From assembly GCA_030265395.1 (NCBI GenBank), contig JARFYF010000104.1, positions 40,377,734 to 40,441,468 on the forward strand: a stretch of 63,735 nucleotides of DNA, read 5' to 3'. Source of the DNA: Rhina ancylostomus. Its lineage: Eukaryota. A program made the position numbers and the translations under genes. The notes under the pieces are model-generated. The model made no database searches, was not told the origin of the DNA, and was given only the letters and a program-made list of their open reading frames with translations. The first letter of the stretch is position 1; every line of letters starts with the position of its first letter. Shown piece by piece: positions 23,550 through 35,940 of this stretch.

Positions 23550-26500
23550 CTGGAAATTGGGTAAAAAATATCCAAGCATGATTCCTGTCCTGTTTTCTTA
23601 CAACCTACATCTTCCCATAAATACTCAGCTTCCCCTCGAAGTGTGTTACTTCTTCAGAGAAGTGTGGTCTTACTTCAGTTTCTAAGTTTCTGTGGTACTA
23701 ACTGGTGCTGATAGCATAAGAGAAAGTAAATACCTTCATGGTGGTGTCAGCTGTGGCTTGGTGAATAAGCTACTCACTGCTGAGTCAAGAGTCTAAGGGT
23801 TCATGCCCCAGTTCAGGGACTTGAGCATAAAAATCTAATATGAACAATCAGTGAGTGCTGCACCATCAGAGATGCTTGTTGTTTGGATGAGATGCTAAAT
23901 AGACATTTATTTTCTCTCCTGGGTGAAAGATCCCATGGGGCCACTTTGAAGTAAAACTGGTGAGTTATTGTTGACACCCTGACCAATACTTACCCCTCTC
24001 TCCCATCATTACAACTGATAATCTCGGTATTGCCACTTTGCTGTTTGTGAGAGCTTGTTAAAAGCAAATTACAGTCATAGAATTAGGCTTATGCAACATG
24101 GAAACAGGCCCTTCAGCCCAACATTCCAACCAAGTTGCCTATTCACGTACCTGTTCAAATGACTTTTAAACATTGTAATTATACCTGCCTCTACCACTTC
24201 CTCTGACAGCTGGCTCCACAAATTATCTGCCTTGCTTCCCACATTACAAAAGCAATTACATTTCAAGAATATTTCAGTGCTGTAAAACACTTTGCCTGAA
24301 AGGCACATTGGTGGTGACATAAAAATATCAGTCTTTATCAGTGTGATCCTTACAAATGTATGCTGATAATCTCTCATTCATTTTGATATGGCAAGATGAC
24401 ACCAGAGTACGGCAACTTGTTGCAAGCTGCTCTCTGTAGATCTACTCATTTACTATAATTGTTCTACTCTTTTAAATTTAAATTCCATGTCACTTCCCTG
24501 AAGCTGTGACACTTTACTCTGTATTCTGTTATTGTTTTTACCCTGTACTACCTCAATGCACTGTGTAAAGAATTGAACTGTACAAACAGTGTGCAAGTTT
24601 TTCACTGTACCTCGGTACCAGTGACAATAATAAACCAATACCAATATTTCTACAATTAGCTTTTGCCATTTAATGCTAGTGGTACCTGCCTTTACTGGGC
24701 CTCTTTATTTTGTCAACTTTAATATTCACCGGATTGTTAAATATTTACTGGTGCAACAATTACTTTAGTACATCCAGTTTATTATCAAAGATGGAAGAGA
24801 CAATTTCTATCTCTCCTCCCCACAATCACACCTGCCCCAGTTCAACTTATGGCTTGCATTAATTGAAATAAAAAATGCAAAACCAAACAATGTAATGAAT
24901 TGGAAATGTGGTCACAATAATTTATTTTGTAAAACAGATGCAGGGGAAGAAAACTAGCTATCCTAGCTGACTTAAAAGTACAGAATGCCCCCTTTCTTCC
25001 ACACCCAAACACAGTAACCACTTGCCTATTTTGCATTATGACCATGCCTTGCGACATTTTTCTCCAGGGAAACTTGCATATTCCATGAAGTGTTCCTGAT
25101 GTATACAAGGCTAACAATCTTACATAAACCTGCATTCCTTCATCAATTAGGAATCCAAACTTCTCCATTCTTTGCCATATTACATTGTTTGACAGTTTTT
25201 GAGTTTTCTCCTAGGTTTGAATGTGTCCTTTGTGTGTTAGTGTCCAAAATAACAAAACACAACAGCCTGCTTTACACGGAATATTTGCAAATAAACAATT
25301 TCCATTTGACAAAAATATAATTATCAATTAAGCCACTTTCAACTAAAGACCAGCAATCACTGAGGCTTTTAAATTATTATTATTGCAGTTGAACTATATT
25401 TATATTTTGAACAAGATGTGCCTGATGTTGTTTTCCCTGCAGGGACTTTCAGGCTGATACTAGAAACACAACCGAACAATTCTGAAACCGCACACATGCA
25501 TCAGCTTTTCCACTATTTCCTGGTTAATATATTCCTGTCTCTGGAGCAGACTTATTGAAACCTGAAACAAATACCCCTATCAAAAAGGAAACAAAAATAT
25601 AATAAAATGTGAGCAGATCTAGACTAAATGGTTATTGATCTTTGCTTTTCATCACTTTCTTGATTACATTTTCAGAAGATACATTCTTGACTCACAGCTT
25701 TACTTCACAGGAAACCTTAGAAAAGAAAGTAACCTTAAATGTGTTTCAAACACAATGAATAAGATTGTGCTTGATTACAAACCTCTGAACCAATTTAACC
25801 AAGAGTTGTAAAACCAAATGAAGTGGACATCAAGCATACAAGGTAACTCTTGTGCAGATTTTTTTTTAGACACAGACACCTCAGTATGCTATTGCCTTTA
25901 AAGCAAGTGTATGTAGAAGCTATTAACCCATTGCCATCATGGCTTATTGATTATGAGGTTCTTCATTCATCCACAGGAAACATTAAAACATTAGAAAATT
26001 GAAAATACCTTTACACTTCAGACAATATAAATATTATTCATTGGGTTATCTTTGTCCAGATGACAGGATACTTAGGAACTTATTGTGAAGCCACTTGGAG
26101 ACATTCTACAGAGATGTGATATGCTTTGTTATCTCACAGTTCATTAGAGTGAAAAATTGTTACAAAATACTTCACATTCCAATAAATAGTTTAAAATGAA
26201 GTTTATTAGAATACATCTCTCAAGTGGACACTGATAATTTTGTAGATTTCATACTGAGAATTAATTTCAATGGTAGTGTAGCCAATGGATTCTGTGCATG
26301 CAAGAATATTAGCATTGGCACTGCATATGCACATTTAGGCTTGGCTACAGGGATTGCACACACACAAGCTCATTCCCGGGATAGTGATTAAATTATGAGG
26401 CAACACTGTTCAGACTCCTATTCCAGTATTAAACCTGTGGGTTTAGACACTGCAGTTTAATGATTTTGATTCAAAACATGCTACAGCAACCAACAGAGGA

Positions 26501-27379
26501 AGTTAGTAGTGGAAGATTCATAGAGTGGTAACATTTCCCTGCCTGAGGCAGGCAATCAGAAGATTTCTTCAAGTTTTCCAATTTTACCATAATATAAAAC
26601 ATAGAAATTAATAACTTTGTACATCACAAGCTTTCAAAATACATAAAACCCACAGTAAGAAAATAGTAATAGTCACATATTTTAACATAAAGTATTGCAC
26701 CTGACATCACCACCAAAACCTGTAACATCAAACCACATCCCCTCCCCAAGAACTAAACTCATTTTTAATTTACAAATTATTAAATTCACATGTAGTTTGC
26801 AAAATGTAGTTTCCTTATTTTAGCATATCTTCCATGTCCCATAGAATATTGTATTTTGTTTTATTATAATTTACCATTCAGTTATCCTTTCGTTGAGAAG
26901 CAAGATGTCAATAATGCACAATATTCTTCGGCAGTGATACTGTGGACACCAATCATAACGCTATGGAGTTTTTCATACTTTAGCCATCTGATGGTTTACA
27001 TTAGTTGGGTTGCCTTGTACATCCACAAATCCCATTCTCTGCCTTCGTTTCCTTTGTTCCGTCATCTATACAAAGCAAATAATGACTCATTTGAATTCAA
27101 TTGGTTTAAAATCTAAGTGCTTAAAAATTATTGTTCAGTTATGACAAATAACCTTCTGGAAAGGGAGAAAAAAATCCAAGGCAAAAAGGGAACAAGATAC
27201 TCTGGAAACATAAAAGACTGCAGATGAAGGAATCTGGAGTGAAAAATAAACTGCTGGAGGAACTCGATGGATCAAGCAGCATCTGTAGAGGCAAAGGGAT
27301 GGCTGATGTTTTGGGTTCGACCCAAAACGCCAACCATTCCTTGGCCTCCACGAAAGATACTCTAGAATATTCATCACTT

Positions 27380-27690
27380 TGGCATGCTGGTGGAGCTGGG
27401 AGAGCCATTGCCTCACAGAGACTCAGGTTCAATCCTGATTTTGGGTGCTATCTGTGTGGAGTTAGAACATTCTTCCTTGACCACAGCTTTCCTCCAGTGC
27501 TTCAGTTTCCTCCCACATTCCAAAGTCATGCAGATTAGTAGGCCACTGTAAATTGTCTTCAATATGTCAGTGAGAGATAGAATTTGGCAGTATTGATGGG
27601 ATGTGGGGAGAATTTTTTAAAAACAGGATTAATGTCGGATTAGTGTGGAGGTGGGCCAAAGGGTCTGCTTCCTTGTGTATCTTGCCATCC
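27380..27690 (+). mobile_element. HE1/V-SINE-like SINE
   Basis: gcctcacag...ggttcaatcctg...tctgtgtggagtt...tttcctcccacattccaaa. Related copies at about 53032-53240 (+), 41130-41285 (+), 14290-14455 (-), 27930-28083 (-), 51270-51437 (-) and 60660-60800 (-). Confidence 0.7.
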
Positions 27691-28440
27691 CTCTGTGACT
27701 GGTAGAATACAAANNNNNNNNNNNNNNNNNNNNNNNNNNNNNNNNNNNNNNNNNNNNNNNNNNNNNNNNNNNNNNNNNNNNNNNNNNNNNNNNNNNNNNN
27801 NNNNNNNNNNNNNAATCTAAGTCCCTCACTTATTTCCCTGTAGGCTATGCTCTCTGTGTGCCCATCAATTTCACCCTGATTCTCCTATTACTCACCTACA
27901 CAAGGCATAATGTACAGTAGCCATTTAACCTACTGACCAGCACATCTTTGGAATGTGGGAGGAAACTCACACGATTGCAGGGAAAATGTGCAAACTCCAG
28001 AGAGAAAGCCCCAGAAATCAGGATTAAATCGGGGTTGCAGGAGTTGTGAGACAGCAGCACTATCTGCTGAGCTACTGTGGTGCTCTAAAAAATAATTGGA
28101 CTGTAGAATCAAATCCATTGCATTCCACTTTGCACACATCTTGTGCCAAGGAGTTTCCACAACCAGCTGTGTGCCTTTACCTGTCATAATGATAGTGTTG
28201 AATCGTGTTGGTAGAACATTGTAAGATAAGACTTACAATTGGGATAGTGGACTTCAATGGGGATAGATAAGAGACTGCAGATGTTGAATCTGGAGCAACA
28301 AACAACCTGTCGATGTTTCAGGTCGAGACTTAGCATCAGGACCTAAGATTCTCGTTGAGTTCAATATCTAGATTCTTCAAACCATCCTGGATGATTGTGC
28401 TATGTATAAATGTTGCAGATCATTAAACCTTTGTACTTAC

Positions 28441-28665
28441 CACTGATGTTAAATACCAGATTGATCTTTTGGTCGATTTCTTGAGCATTGAAGCTAATTC
28501 TCCTATTAGACTGTCTCTTTATCTTCAGAGGTGGCTTCACAGGAGGTTCAGTTAAAAATTCCTGCTTATTTGATCGTTTTTGTAATCGATGGGAATTCTC
28601 CGGTTCATCGTAAGAGTAATCCATTTCATTTAATGGCTCATAATTGTCTCCCCATAATCCTGGCC
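28441..28665 (-). CDS. SVEP1: SVEP1-family exon: linker with basic motifs
   Basis: tcatcag|GG CCA...AGT G|gtaagt. 225 nt. (G)PGLWGDNYEPLNEMDYSYDEPENSHRLQKRSNKQEFLTEPPVKPPLKIKRQSNRRISFNAQEIDQKINLVFNIS. Confidence 0.89.
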
Positions 28666-29662
28666 CTGATGACAAAATGCATACCTTGTTAGTGTGGATC
28701 AATAATTAATAGTGGAAGCAAAAAAAAGTTATTTTTCTCAGAATGCTGAGAAATATCTCTTTAATAACACGGGAAAAGGAAGTCAATGAGTGTTTGCAGC
28801 AGACAGGAGATATCATTGTAAAAGGAAGCAAACTTGACTTATATTTAACTAAACCATAATGTTATACTGATATAAACATAATGCGCATAAACAAGCTATT
28901 CAGCCCCTTGAGATGGTTTCACCATTCAGTTCGACCATTCTATCATCACCCAGCCCTCTTGCCCCAGTAATTTCCCTGAGCAATCTGTTTCAACATACAT
29001 CCAAGCATAGTAGCAACACCTCCCATCAAATCAGTCTAGCTAACTTTTAATGTCCTATACCTGAAATTCACAAACTTTCCTTGCAGCTTCACTTCATCCA
29101 GGTACAACCAGACTTGCAAGTTGTTTCTCTTCTTTGCCAGCTGTTGTGTTTCCTAATCAAGCTGATATCATATTTAGACTCTGGGCCCAACATCCCCATC
29201 CTAAACTCCTCCGCCTCCCCTTCCCTCTGCCCCCAATCATTNNNNNNNNNNNNNNNNNNNNNNNNNNNNNNNNNNNNNNNNNNNNNNNNNNNNNNNNNNN
29301 NNNNNNNNNNNNNNNNNNNNNNNNNNNNNNNNNNNNNNNNNCCTTCCCTCTGCCCCCAAACATTCAAGGAGATACTTGAAGAGCAACAAACAATAACAGT
29401 GCACAAAAGCAAACTACTGCAGACCCAGAAATAAAAACTGATAATACTGGAAGTACTCAGCTGGGTCCAACAGCATCTGTGGAGCAGGTTAACATTACGG
29501 ATTAATGAACTGCCATCTGGCTCTGAAAGGCTAACAGTGTTCGTCCTTCGAGAGATGCTATCTGACCTGTTCAGTATTTCAAGTGGGGGAGCTAAATGGA
29601 TAGCAAATGTATTTTCATTGACAGATGCCGCACTACAATGCTATGAAAGTTAAATGCAATAC

Positions 29663-29774
29663 CTATGATGGCAAAACCATTTTCATAATTATAATTGTAC
29701 TCCAGGCATTGCACTTTGGGTAACTCCTCCATTTCACATTCAATGTCATTATCCTCACCACAAAGGGATGGAAC
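29663..29774 (-). CDS. SVEP1: SVEP1-family exon: linker (CLEYNYxYENGFAI motif)
   Basis: cttcag|GTT...ATA G|gtattg. 112 nt, phase 0-1. VPSLCGEDNDIECEMEELPKVQCLEYNYNYENGFAII. Confidence 0.92.
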
Positions 29775-30631
29775 CTGAAGACATTTAAAGAGAGAAAAAA
29801 TAATCACTATAGAACTTCGGCAATCAGAAGTGTCTAGAACTCTGCCAACCCATTTTAATCTCCCAAGGCAGTAACAAGCAGTCGGCATGTATAAAAGTCC
29901 AGTTATATCTGTGCACAGTAGGGTAGTACGTCTGCTTTGAAGGCTGTAGGGAACCAGTTGTTGTACAGTAGTGCCCCAGTAAAGCCTCAATTTCAAAGGT
30001 CACTTCCTTGTGCTTAAATATCTCGATGGAGTCTGGCTCCCCCTACTATTACTGTGTATTTATAATCTCCTCCAGCCCAGTTATGTTCCCAGATCTCTGA
30101 CCTCTTCCAGTTCAGGTATCTTGTGCATCACTGATTTACCTCATTCTCAATTAGTGGCTGCTCTTTCAACTGCCTAGGGCCTAGTCTCTGACATTCCCTC
30201 CCAAAACCTTTCCAAGTCTCTCTCCTCTTTGAAGATACTCCTTGGAATCTACCTATCTGCCCTAGTTCTTCCTCACCAGCTTAGCATTAAATTTTGTTTG
30301 ACAAAATACCTGTGGAACTCAATAGGATGTGGTACTTTATTTAAATGAAAACTGTTGATAGTAATTTTGAAAACATAAGATTGCAAAAGCTGGAGGGAGA
30401 AATAGGCCAAACAGCCCTATGAACCTGCTCTATCATTCAATAGCATGGCCAATCCTATGCCTTAAAGTCTGCTTTTGTGCCCAATCCCCAGATTCTTTGA
30501 CTCTCTTGAATGTTCAAAAATCTATCGCTCCCCATTTTTAACATACCCAACAACTGAGCACCCTGTGGTAGAAATTCAAAAGACTCTCAAACACACTGCA
30601 CTCAAAGACATAGCACCAATAATGATTTTAC

Positions 30632-30753
30632 CATTTCAGCTAAAGTATTGTTGAAAGCCTTTGTGAAGTCATTTAGCAGAGTGAAGTCTTCACATCGGTT
30701 GACATTGTACTGCACCTCAAATTTCTTGTGGCCGTTATTCCCAAGGCGTTTCA
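30632..30753 (-). CDS. SVEP1: SVEP1-family exon: post-CCP4 linker
   Basis: ctgcag|TG AAA...ATG|gtaaaa. 122 nt, phase 1-0. (L)KRLGNNGHKKFEVQYNVNRCEDFTLLNDFTKAFNNTLAEM. Confidence 0.88.
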
Positions 30754-33448
30754 CTGCAGTGGTTCAAAAAGACATCAAACATTCAGTTAAAGGCCATATA
30801 TCAATACAAATTGTGCCTCTAAATCATTCCTCTGATAGCTCAGCAAGTATGCCCAGTAAGCAATGAGTCTCTTGGGACAACAATAGAACCCACGTTTACT
30901 GTAATACCGCAGGTCTCAGCTGTGGTAGAAGGGCTCTTCTTTTCCCTTGAGCCGTCCTGGTCCTGATCACCATCCTGTGATACCTGCTGAAAGTACCCAG
31001 GAGGATGTTTGATGAAAATCTAGTGCATGTGCAATTCCCTCCACTGTCAACCAGTGCACATGCAGAATTGCCAAAGAATCGTGTATTAATAATAGCCAAT
31101 TGGAAAAGTCACTAAGTTGAGTCAAGAGTGGAGAGCTGCAGCTCAGCAAGGAACCAAGCTCACCAGGAGATGAGAGGAGAAACCTGGAGTGAAAATCACC
31201 ATGTGTCAAACAGGAGTTAAACGTGACGAGCAATACTCCTTCACTTGGGTGTAACCTAGGTGTGGACAGAATGTGATAACCATAATACATTATGTATATT
31301 TACGTAAAACCAGCAGACCATGCTGAATTGGATGTTCATGTGTCACCAGTGCTAAGACAACTTCTGCACAGATTCCAGCTATTCCCAATAGAGTTCCTCC
31401 AGAATCTGTCTACTACTGATAAGACCGGGCTAACAGGGAGGGAGATTCGCAAATGCCAGATACTACAAAACACACTAAGTACTACCAACCAGGGATGACT
31501 TTCTAGCCAGTTACCTTGTTGTTACTTTCCCCTTTGTGAGAGCTTGGCAACCATATTTCCTACATTATAGCAGTGACTAAACTTTTAGGAACTTTCTTAG
31601 GAAGGTTCTTTGAGATATTCTAAGGCTGTGAAAAACCGTACAAAGATTCTAATCTATTTGTTTATCTGAGGCCAGCGAAGTTAAAAGTTTTGAGGTATAT
31701 CACCTAGAGCTTGGGCAGATCAGGGCAAGGCCAATGATGATATGAATCAGTCATGGTTTTACATTCATATTCTACATGACTGGTTGTACTACAGTTTCAG
31801 AGTTAGTCTTCCACTCCATTGTATGAGACTCAGTAATGTTCACACTTGTCCTCCCTCAAACCAAGTCTCCTTTGCAGTCACCAGCACACTCCTTAGACAA
31901 ACCTCACACCACAATTGTTTTCACAATTCACTTCAAGCTCACTTTTACTTTCATACTCACAATCTATTGGACCAGACCCACACTGAATTTCACATTCTGG
32001 TCTCACTCCCTCTCACCTAAACCAGTCACATACATATCTCAGGTGGGAAAGCCAATGACCTCATTTGTCTCAAAGATGTCAGACATTAACCATTTGCTTT
32101 CCCCTCAATGAGCCGTTGGCCAGCAAGAGGAAGGTAATCAATTACATCTCCATATTTTCTTCTTTGGACTTTTAGCTCCCAACTGAGAACAGGAATAGGA
32201 ATCAATGGATGCAGAATGAGCCCGAGGCAATTTCTGACACACCCCTATCACTTACTGGGTAGCCTCTAAAACAGAAAGCTGTGGATTCTAGCTGCCGGTT
32301 AGAAAGTTGAAAACAAACATCTAGGCTTACATTCCACCTCATTACTGAGGAAGAGCTGTAATATACTGTTGGAGATAGAACATAGAACAGTACAGCACAG
32401 GAACAGGCCCTTCAGCCCACAATCTTATGCTGAACCAATTACATTAGTAATAAAATGCCCAACTAAACTAATCCCTTCTGCCTACACAATGTCCATATCC
32501 CACCATTTCCCTCACATTCATGTGCTGATTTAAGAGCTTCTTGAACGCCCCTATTGTATTTGCCTCCACCACCACCCCAGGCAGAGCATTCCAGGCACCC
32601 ACCACTGTGTAAAAGTCTTGCCCCACACATCTCCTTTGAACTCCACCCCCCCCCCACCTTAAATACATTAATAAGACGTGGACTCAGGCTCCTTTTGTTC
32701 CCTTGTGTGGGCACAGAAGATGCTACAGCACTTTTGTGAAGAACTACAGTCAAATTCTCCTAAGTGTTCTAACCAAGATCCCTTAATCAATCATCCTGTC
32801 TGTTGTTTAATAGGAGTTTGCTGTCCGTAGACTGACTGCTGTTTCCTATATTATCATAATGACTGCTCTTCAGAAAAGTACATAATTGACTGTGAAACAC
32901 TTTGGGTCATTGTGAAGAGCATTGGAAATGTAAATCTTTTAAGGTGTTGTCAGAATTCAGTAGGAAGCAGGCAGCTGGAACTCAGTAGAAGAGTTCTGTC
33001 TCACCTTTCTATACGCCTTGCTTCCTCACCACAACTCTGGCCAAGCTCCAGACTCCTCTTGCAGACTTCCTTTTACATTATCCTCTTCTCCAAACCAGAG
33101 TACAAAATCAGGAACTTGCTGACTTTTCCCAAAATAAATCCCAAACCCCCACCATCCAATAAAATGTGTGGAACTGCAGTCTGAGATTATTAATTCTCTT
33201 CCATTCCCAGAATGATCAGTTCCAGAGTCAATGGTGAAACTTGCCCAATAAATAATTCAGATGACATTTGAGCTTCGTAATAGATCTCTAAACCACTTTT
33301 CCCCCCACCCCCAAATGGGAATAACATTCACTACCAACACTGCTGACATACAGACACTGACAATTCTTACAGATTTGTGTCACCAGTCTCAAAGAGAATT
33401 TGATGGAGCAAAGCTAACCCATGGTCCTACATAGTCAATGTCACTTAC

Positions 33449-33640
33449 AGGAGCAATCAGGCCTTGCAGAAGAGAGCTCTGGAATCCACACACCATCATG
33501 AGCACAATAGTAATTTTCACTTGGTTCGACAGCCAGCCCGTATCCATCATAGCAGTGCAATGTACAATTCACACGCAAATCGTCAGCAGTACAGGAGAAG
33601 CCTCCGTTTAAAGGAACATAAGGTACTCCACAAACAGTAT
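33449..33640 (-). CDS. SVEP1: SVEP1-family exon: CCP/sushi 4
   Basis: cctcaatag|AT ACT...TCC T|gtaagt. 192 nt. (D)TVCGVPYVPLNGGFSCTADDLRVNCTLHCYDGYGLAVEPSENYYCAHDGVWIPELSSARPDCS. Confidence 0.92.
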
Positions 33641-35103
33641 CTATTGAGGAAAACACGTATGATTATAGGTGATTGACCTCACTGTATCCTAGCCAAACTG
33701 TGCATCACCTGCCTGGATGGATTCAGCTGTAACAACAAGAAGCTTGGCACAATCACGATGGAACAGTTTACCTGATGAGAGCCCTTGCCAGTGGATTCAT
33801 TAACATTCGCCTCTTCCAATAATGACTCATTGTGGCCACTATGTAGGATTCACAACATGCACAGTGACCAATTGACGAGGCTTTTTCAACAGCAGCTCCC
33901 TGTCCTGTGACAAAACCACCAGGAAGGGCAAATACAACAACGCTGTGGGTTGCCCACTACCTCAAACAACACCTCCAAAACCCATGATCTCTACCACCAA
34001 GAAGGAAAAGGGATTCAGGCACCGGGAGAACCACCACCTATGGGTTCTCCTTTAGTCGCATAATACCCTGATTTGAAAATGTTGTTCCTTCATTGCTGCT
34101 AGGCCTAAATCCTGTAACTTCCTTTTCAACAGCATTGTGGCATTACCTTTGTCAGAAGGACTGCAATGGTTCAAGAGGGTAGCTCACCACCAACATCCAG
34201 GGCAATTACAATGGGCAATAAATGATGTCCAGATCCCAAAAATGAATAAACAAAAGGCAGAATTTGGGTGGTTTGGAGCATTGGCCTCTAAACCATGTAA
34301 CATTCCTACATCTGCTGGACCCAAATAACTCCAGTGGATTCAAGTACAAATACAGGAAATTTTCCCTTTAACATGAATTCATTAGAAAGGTCAAGTTAAG
34401 TATGCTGCATCTCACCTATTCAGCATGACACATATTCTGCAGTGAAGTTAGGGACAAAATTCAATTTTGGCAGCACCACAAACTGTGCAGCAGTGGACCA
34501 ATCATTAGCAGTCAATCTGCTAATGACTGGTCCAATCTGCCAATGATGGAAAAGGAAAATTGAGGAATAATTTGGTCTATTATACTAATCACAATGCTCC
34601 CCAATGCCAGATCTTTCCACATGTACCCAACACTCACTGTTAGATTATCTTCTCTACCAGTTCCTAACCCTCCCTAAAACATTTCAATCATTAAAATTGA
34701 ATTTCACACTTTTTCTTTATCTCAAGCTTCTGGATGTTATTGTAACATTTAAGATTTTTTAATTTCATCAGCATAGAATCTGACAGAATGAGCGGAGGCT
34801 ATTTGGCCCAATGATCCTGTGCTGGTTATTTAACACAGCTCATCAATTTGTTCCTTTCTCCCCTTCTCCTCCTCAACTGACCTTGCAAATTCTCTCCCCT
34901 TCAAGTACTTGTTCATTTCCCTTTTGAAAGTCTTTACTGAATTTAGTTCCACTGCCACTTTAAGCAAATTCCACAACTCTCTGCTTTGAAAGGAAGTTCA
35001 CTTATCACCCTCTTGGCTGTTTTCTGAATTACCTTAAAACTGTAACCATACCAATGTAACATGTTATATTTTTTACAACATGAATTATAGCACAGCTGTG
35101 TAC

Positions 35104-35235
35104 CTCTGATGATGATTTGGATATCACAAGTCCTCTTATTGCCCGAAGGGTCAAATGCAGTGTAACGCACGGTCGTCTCCCCTCGAGGGAGGAAATCTCC
35201 GATTGAATGAGTCTTCTTAATCTTTAATGGAGCAC
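35104..35235 (-). CDS. SVEP1: SVEP1-family exon: HYR2, second half
   Basis: ctaatag|GT GCT...AGA G|gtacac. 132 nt. (G)[43 protein letters not shown]. Confidence 0.91.
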
Positions 35236-35832
35236 CTATTAGTGAATGGAAGGTGTTGATTAATGAAGCTCTGCACTTCACTGTTTATGGCAAGGCAGCC
35301 CCTATTAGGTTGGTTGTTCATCCATGTGTTCTTTGGATCGATACCTGTCTTCACCATCTGGACTGCAGCCTGGGAGAACAGATCATCTCCTCTTCACAGA
35401 ACTACAGACATGCAGGGATAACTTGGCTGCATCAAGGAGCTGACCAGGAATTTCTTCCTGGGGTAAGAAGAGGCATTTATGAAGAAGAGGTTTCAGGCCA
35501 TAAGCTCTGTGGTGCTAAAGCTCCCTAGAAGCTGATACCTCTGCCCTCCTCCAGCCCCAGCCCTAAGTGCATCCCCTGACCTCCCATGGTACTGTGGTCT
35601 GGAGACAGCCGAGGTGCTGACTTCTTTGTCATTACTAAATGAAAAGAGGAAAATGCCCTCCTCCAGTTCCCCCTACCCCCAACTCAGAACCAAAAACTTC
35701 TTTCAAACCAAGGAATAGCTACTTTGACGCAAAGCTATGATGAAACAAACAGTATTTGTTTAACTTTGGATAAGTACACTTCGAACTTTTAATGAAACTG
35801 ATCTAATTTCTGAAATCTGAAGATCCCATTAC

Positions 35833-35940
35833 CTGAATTATCTGAAAACTGTGGTTCCTCCCATGTGGCCTGATAAGTCTCCTCATGCGTCAGGATGGGT
35901 GGTGGTGAGCGACACCTGTCAATCACAGGGGGTTCAGCAT
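35833..35940 (-). CDS. SVEP1: SVEP1-family exon: HYR2, first half
   Basis: tctttag|AT GCT...TCA G|gtaatg. 108 nt. (D)[35 protein letters not shown]. Confidence 0.92.
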
